A DNA stretch of 64,000 nt, taken from contig JAUXOM010000031.1 of NCBI GenBank assembly GCA_030682175.1, forward strand, positions 1,112 through 65,111. The letters run 5' to 3'. The notes below the pieces were generated by a model. The model ran no database searches. It saw nothing but the letters and a program-made list of their open reading frames with translations, and was not told where the DNA came from. Every line of letters begins with the position of its first letter. The first letter of the stretch is position 1. Positions 60,436-64,000 of this stretch are shown piece by piece. A program made the position numbers and the translations under genes. The stretch comes from Rhodocyclaceae bacterium. Lineage in GTDB: Bacteria; Pseudomonadota; Gammaproteobacteria; Burkholderiales; Rhodocyclaceae.

Positions 60436-62739
60436 ATGCAAAAATTGCGCATGAAACACAATGTTCTCGCTGGTTTGCTCTCGGCCCTGTTGGCATCAAG
60501 CGCCGTCGCCTTTGACCCTTTCGTGGTGCGCGATATCCGTGTGGAAGGGATTCAACGCACCGAAGCGGGAACCGTCTTCAATTATCTGCCGGTCAAGGTG
60601 GGCGATACCCTCACCGACGACAAGGCTGCCCAGGCAATCAAGGCCCTCTTCGGCACGGGATTCTTCAAGGACGTCCGCCTGGAAGTCGAGGGCGGTGTAC
60701 TCGTGGTGCTGGTGGAAGAGCGCCCGGCCATTTCCTCGCTCGAATTTTCCGGTGTCAAGGCCTTCGACAAGGAGCAGTTGCGCAAAGGCTTGCGCGAGGT
60801 CGGGCTTGCGGAATCGCGGATTTTTGATCGCTCGCTGGTCGAGCGCGCCGAGCAGGAACTCAAACGCCAGTATCTGTCGCGTGGCCATTACGCCGCCCAG
60901 ATCACCACCACGGTGACACCACTCGAACGCAACCGCGTCGGCATCAACTTCGCTGTCGATGAAGGGGAGGTTGCCACGATCAAGCAGATCAATATTGTCG
61001 GCGTCAAGGCCTTCAAGGAGAAGGATCTGCTCAATCTGTTTGCCCTGCGCACGCCCGGCTGGCTGACCTGGTATACCAAGAACGACCAGTATTCCAAGCA
61101 GAAACTGTCCGGCGACCTGGAGACCTTGCGTTCGTATTACCTTGACCGTGGCTATATCGAATTCAATGTCGAGTCGACACAGGTGTCGATCTCGACCAGC
61201 AAAGAAGATATCTACATCACCATCAACATCAGCGAGGGTGAGCCGTATTCGGTGTCGTCGGTCAAATTGGCCGGCGAGACGCTGCTGCCCGAGGCTGAAT
61301 TACTCAAGCTGGTGACCATCCAGCCCGGAAAATTGTTTTCGCGCGAGCAGGTGACGGCAACGATCAAGGCGATTAGCGAGCGTCTTTCCAACGATGGTTA
61401 TGCCTTTGCCAACGTGAATGCCGCCCCCGAGATGGACAAGGAAAAGAAGCAGGTTGCCTTCACCCTGTTTGTCGATCCGGGCCGGCGCGTCTATGTGCGG
61501 CGCATCCAGGTGGCGGGCAATACGCGTACCCGCGACGAGGTGATCCGCCGCGAGATGCGCCAGATGGAATCGGCCTGGTATGACGGCGAGAAAATCAACA
61601 AGTCGCGCACTCGCGTCGATCGACTGGGGTATTTCGATGAGGTGACGGTGGAAACGCCCGCCGTGCCGGGCACCACCGACCAGGTTGACCTGAATGTGGC
61701 CGTCAAGGAAAAACCGACCGGCAACCTGATGCTGGGTGCCGGTCTGTCAAGCTCGGAAGGCCTGGTGTTTTCCGGTTCGGTGCAGCAGCAAAACCTCTTC
61801 GGCAGCGGCAAGCACGTCGGTGTCGGCTTCAACACCAGCAAGATCAATACGCTGTATTCGTTTTCCTACACCGATCCCTATCACACGGTGGATGGCGTCA
61901 GCCGCGGTTTCGATGCCTATATGCGCGACACAAATACCGCTTCATTGACCGTGGCGAGCTATGGCACCAAATCGTTCGGTGGCGGGGTGCGTTACGGGAT
62001 TCCGATCGGCGAGGAAGACACCATCAATTTCGGCCTGGCATTCGACTCGACCCAGATCAAGCAGACCGACTATACACCGCAACGTTTCCAGAAGTTCCTT
62101 GAAGATTACGGTAACAAATTCTCGGGGCCGATTGCCACGCTGGGCTGGGCGAAGGACACGCTCGACAGCCGCATTTATCCGATGAAGGGCCACGTGGCAC
62201 GCATCGGCGGCGAACTGGCGCTGGGCGGAACGCTGCGCTACTACCGCACCAACTTCCAGTATCAGCGCTACATACCCATCGGGCGGGAATACACCTTGAT
62301 GTTGAATGGCGAGTTGGGGACTGCCGACGGCATGGGCGGCCGCCCGCTGCCCTTCTACAAGTACTATTACTCGGGCGGCGTCGGCTCGGTGCGCGGCTTC
62401 CAGGCGGGTTCGCTCGGCCCGGTCGACAGAGAAGAAGGTGGAACGACAGACGACCGGCTGGGCGGTGACCGGCGTCTGGTGATGAATGCCGAATTCCTTT
62501 TTCCGATGCCGGGAAGTGGCCAGGACAAGTCGCTGCGTCTGGGCGCCTTTGTCGATGCCGGTCAGGTCTATGGCGTTGGCAAGAAGTTCGACATCGGCGA
62601 TCTGCGCTACAGTACCGGGCTCTCGCTGGCCTGGACCTCGCCGCTGGGCCCGCTCAAGTTCAGCCTCGCCCAGCCGCTCAACAAGAAGGATGGCGATAAA
62701 ACGCAACGCCTACAATTCCAGATGGGCACTTTATTCTGA
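60436..62739 (+). CDS. bamA: Outer membrane protein assembly factor BamA
   Basis: POTRA domains (VRDIRVEGIQR), VRGF, C-terminal FQMGTLF. Confidence 0.97.
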   Translation: MQKLRMKHNVLAGLLSALLASSAVAFDPFVVRDIRVEGIQRTEAGTVFNYLPVKVGDTLTDDKAAQAIKALFGTGFFKDVRLEVEGGVLVVLVEERPAISSLEFSGVKAFDKEQLRKGLREVGLAESRIFDRSLVERAEQELKRQYLSRGHYAAQITTTVTPLERNRVGINFAVDEGEVATIKQINIVGVKAFKEKDLLNLFALRTPGWLTWYTKNDQYSKQKLSGDLETLRSYYLDRGYIEFNVESTQVSISTSKEDIYITINISEGEPYSVSSVKLAGETLLPEAELLKLVTIQPGKLFSREQVTATIKAISERLSNDGYAFANVNAAPEMDKEKKQVAFTLFVDPGRRVYVRRIQVAGNTRTRDEVIRREMRQMESAWYDGEKINKSRTRVDRLGYFDEVTVETPAVPGTTDQVDLNVAVKEKPTGNLMLGAGLSSSEGLVFSGSVQQQNLFGSGKHVGVGFNTSKINTLYSFSYTDPYHTVDGVSRGFDAYMRDTNTASLTVASYGTKSFGGGVRYGIPIGEEDTINFGLAFDSTQIKQTDYTPQRFQKFLEDYGNKFSGPIATLGWAKDTLDSRIYPMKGHVARIGGELALGGTLRYYRTNFQYQRYIPIGREYTLMLNGELGTADGMGGRPLPFYKYYYSGGVGSVRGFQAGSLGPVDREEGGTTDDRLGGDRRLVMNAEFLFPMPGSGQDKSLRLGAFVDAGQVYGVGKKFDIGDLRYSTGLSLAWTSPLGPLKFSLAQPLNKKDGDKTQRLQFQMGTLF

Positions 62740-62752
62740 AGCAGGAGTAACG

Positions 62753-63265
62753 ATGAAGCATATTTACAAGACACTGGTTCCCCTATTGCTGGCACTCGCC
62801 GTGACCACGGCACTGGCTGCAGATATCAAGCTGGGCTTTGTCAATGGCCAGCGCGTGGTGAATGAATCGCCGCAAGCGGTAAGGGCGAAGAAAAAGATCG
62901 AGAAGGAGTTTGAAAAGCGCGACCAGGAACTGCAAAAACTTTCAAAGCAGTTGCAGTCGATGCAGGAAGCCATGGAAAAGAATGCGGTGACCATGGCCGA
63001 GAGCGAACGACGCAACAAGGAACGCGAGTTCAACGACCTCAATCGCGACTTTCAGCGCAAGCAGCGTGAATTCCGCGAGGATCTTAACCTGCGCCAGAAC
63101 GAGGAAATGGCGGCCATCTTCGAGCGCGCCAACAAGGTCATCAAACAGATCGCCGAAGCCGAGAAGTTTGACCTGATCGTGCAGGAAGCCGTCTATTTCA
63201 GCCCGCGCATCGACATCACCGAAAAGGTGATCAAGGCCCTGGGCGACGGCGCTGCCGCCAAGTAA
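62753..63265 (+). CDS. skp: Skp/OmpH chaperone
   Basis: Signal peptide, KLGFVN, coiled coil, DIT.KVI; between bamA and lpxD. Confidence 0.93.
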   Translation: MKHIYKTLVPLLLALAVTTALAADIKLGFVNGQRVVNESPQAVRAKKKIEKEFEKRDQELQKLSKQLQSMQEAMEKNAVTMAESERRNKEREFNDLNRDFQRKQREFREDLNLRQNEEMAAIFERANKVIKQIAEAEKFDLIVQEAVYFSPRIDITEKVIKALGDGAAAK

Positions 63266-63280
63266 GATTGTCTGTGTGAC

Positions 63281-64000
63281 GTGACACGCCGCCTTGATGA
63301 GATCGTCGCCCGCTTCGGCGGCGATCTGCGTGGAGACGGTTCGATTGCCATCACCGGGCTGGCGACGCTTGAGAAGGCGACAGCGGGGCAGCTGAGTTTC
63401 CTGTCGAATACCAAGTATCGCGGACAATTGGCCGCGACCCATGCTGCTGCCGTTATCCTCTCGACAGAAATGGCCGATCAGTGCCCGGTCGCCGCCATTG
63501 TCACCCCCCAGCCCTATCTGTATTTCGCCCACCTTTCTCAATGGCTGGCCGAGGGACCGCGTCCGGTGGCGGGCATTCATCCCTCCGCAGTGGTTGAGTC
63601 AGCTATTCCGGCCAGTGCCAGCATTGGTCCGCAAGTCTGGATAGCCTCGGATGTTGTACTGGGTGAAAACGTCGTGCTGGGGGCGCAATGTCGCATTGGC
63701 GCCGGGGTGCGGATCGGTGCGGACTGCCGTTTAAATCCAGGCGTTACTGTCTACGCCGGGTGTCGCATCGGCTGCCGGGCCATCATTCATTCGGGTGCCG
63801 TGATCGGTGCCGACGGCTTTGGCTTCGCGCGTGCGCCGGATGGCACATGGGTGAAGATCGCCCAGACGGGGTGCGTCGTAATCGGTGACGATGTCGAAAT
63901 CGGTGCGAATACCACCATCGACCGGGGTGCGCTGGAGGACACGATCATCGGCAATGGCGTCAAGCTCGATAATCAGATCCAGGTCGCCCATAATGTTCAT
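63281..64000 (+). CDS. lpxD: UDP-3-O-acylglucosamine N-acyltransferase (3' end outside window)
   Basis: GTG start; LSFLSNTKY, hexapeptide repeats, [28 protein letters not shown]. Confidence 0.95.
   Translation, partial: MTRRLDEIVARFGGDLRGDGSIAITGLATLEKATAGQLSFLSNTKYRGQLAATHAAAVILSTEMADQCPVAAIVTPQPYLYFAHLSQWLAEGPRPVAGIHPSAVVESAIPASASIGPQVWIASDVVLGENVVLGAQCRIGAGVRIGADCRLNPGVTVYAGCRIGCRAIIHSGAVIGADGFGFARAPDGTWVKIAQTGCVVIGDDVEIGANTTIDRGALEDTIIGNGVKLDNQIQVAHNVH

Overview
GC-rich betaproteobacterial chromosome segment, probably Rhodocyclales/Sterolibacteriaceae-like (inferred from gene content and order). It is mostly housekeeping: alr, radA, slyD, murI, class I fumarase, acs, ETF-QO, rlmJ, prmB, dapE/dapD/dapC, queF, dapA-bamC, rlmD, typA, glnD-map and the rpsB-tsf-pyrH-frr-uppS-cdsA-dxr-rseP-bamA-skp-lpxD cluster. 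Small accessory inserts lie between these genes: a DUF433 gene with a deleted DUF5615 partner, Fic, hemerythrin, ccdAB, a type I-C cas7 3' remnant with hicBA, and dsbB-dsbA. The most unusual signal is a layered repeat system. (1) A non-palindromic ~25-bp motif, AAAAGTCGGCGCTGGCGGGACGGCG, occurs about 18 times (counted by eye) on both strands, including in-frame inside alr, rseP, rlmJ, the acetoacetyl-CoA synthetase gene and an EAL gene. (2) Hairpin modules of 21, 24 or 27 nt are inserted at two fixed positions of that motif and add peptides to proteins. (3) A family of 150-240 bp intergenic elements has a near-constant 17-nt loop closed by a covarying 7-bp stem. No rRNA, tRNA, CRISPR array, transposase or integrase was seen. 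All assignments come from motif recognition without database searches.
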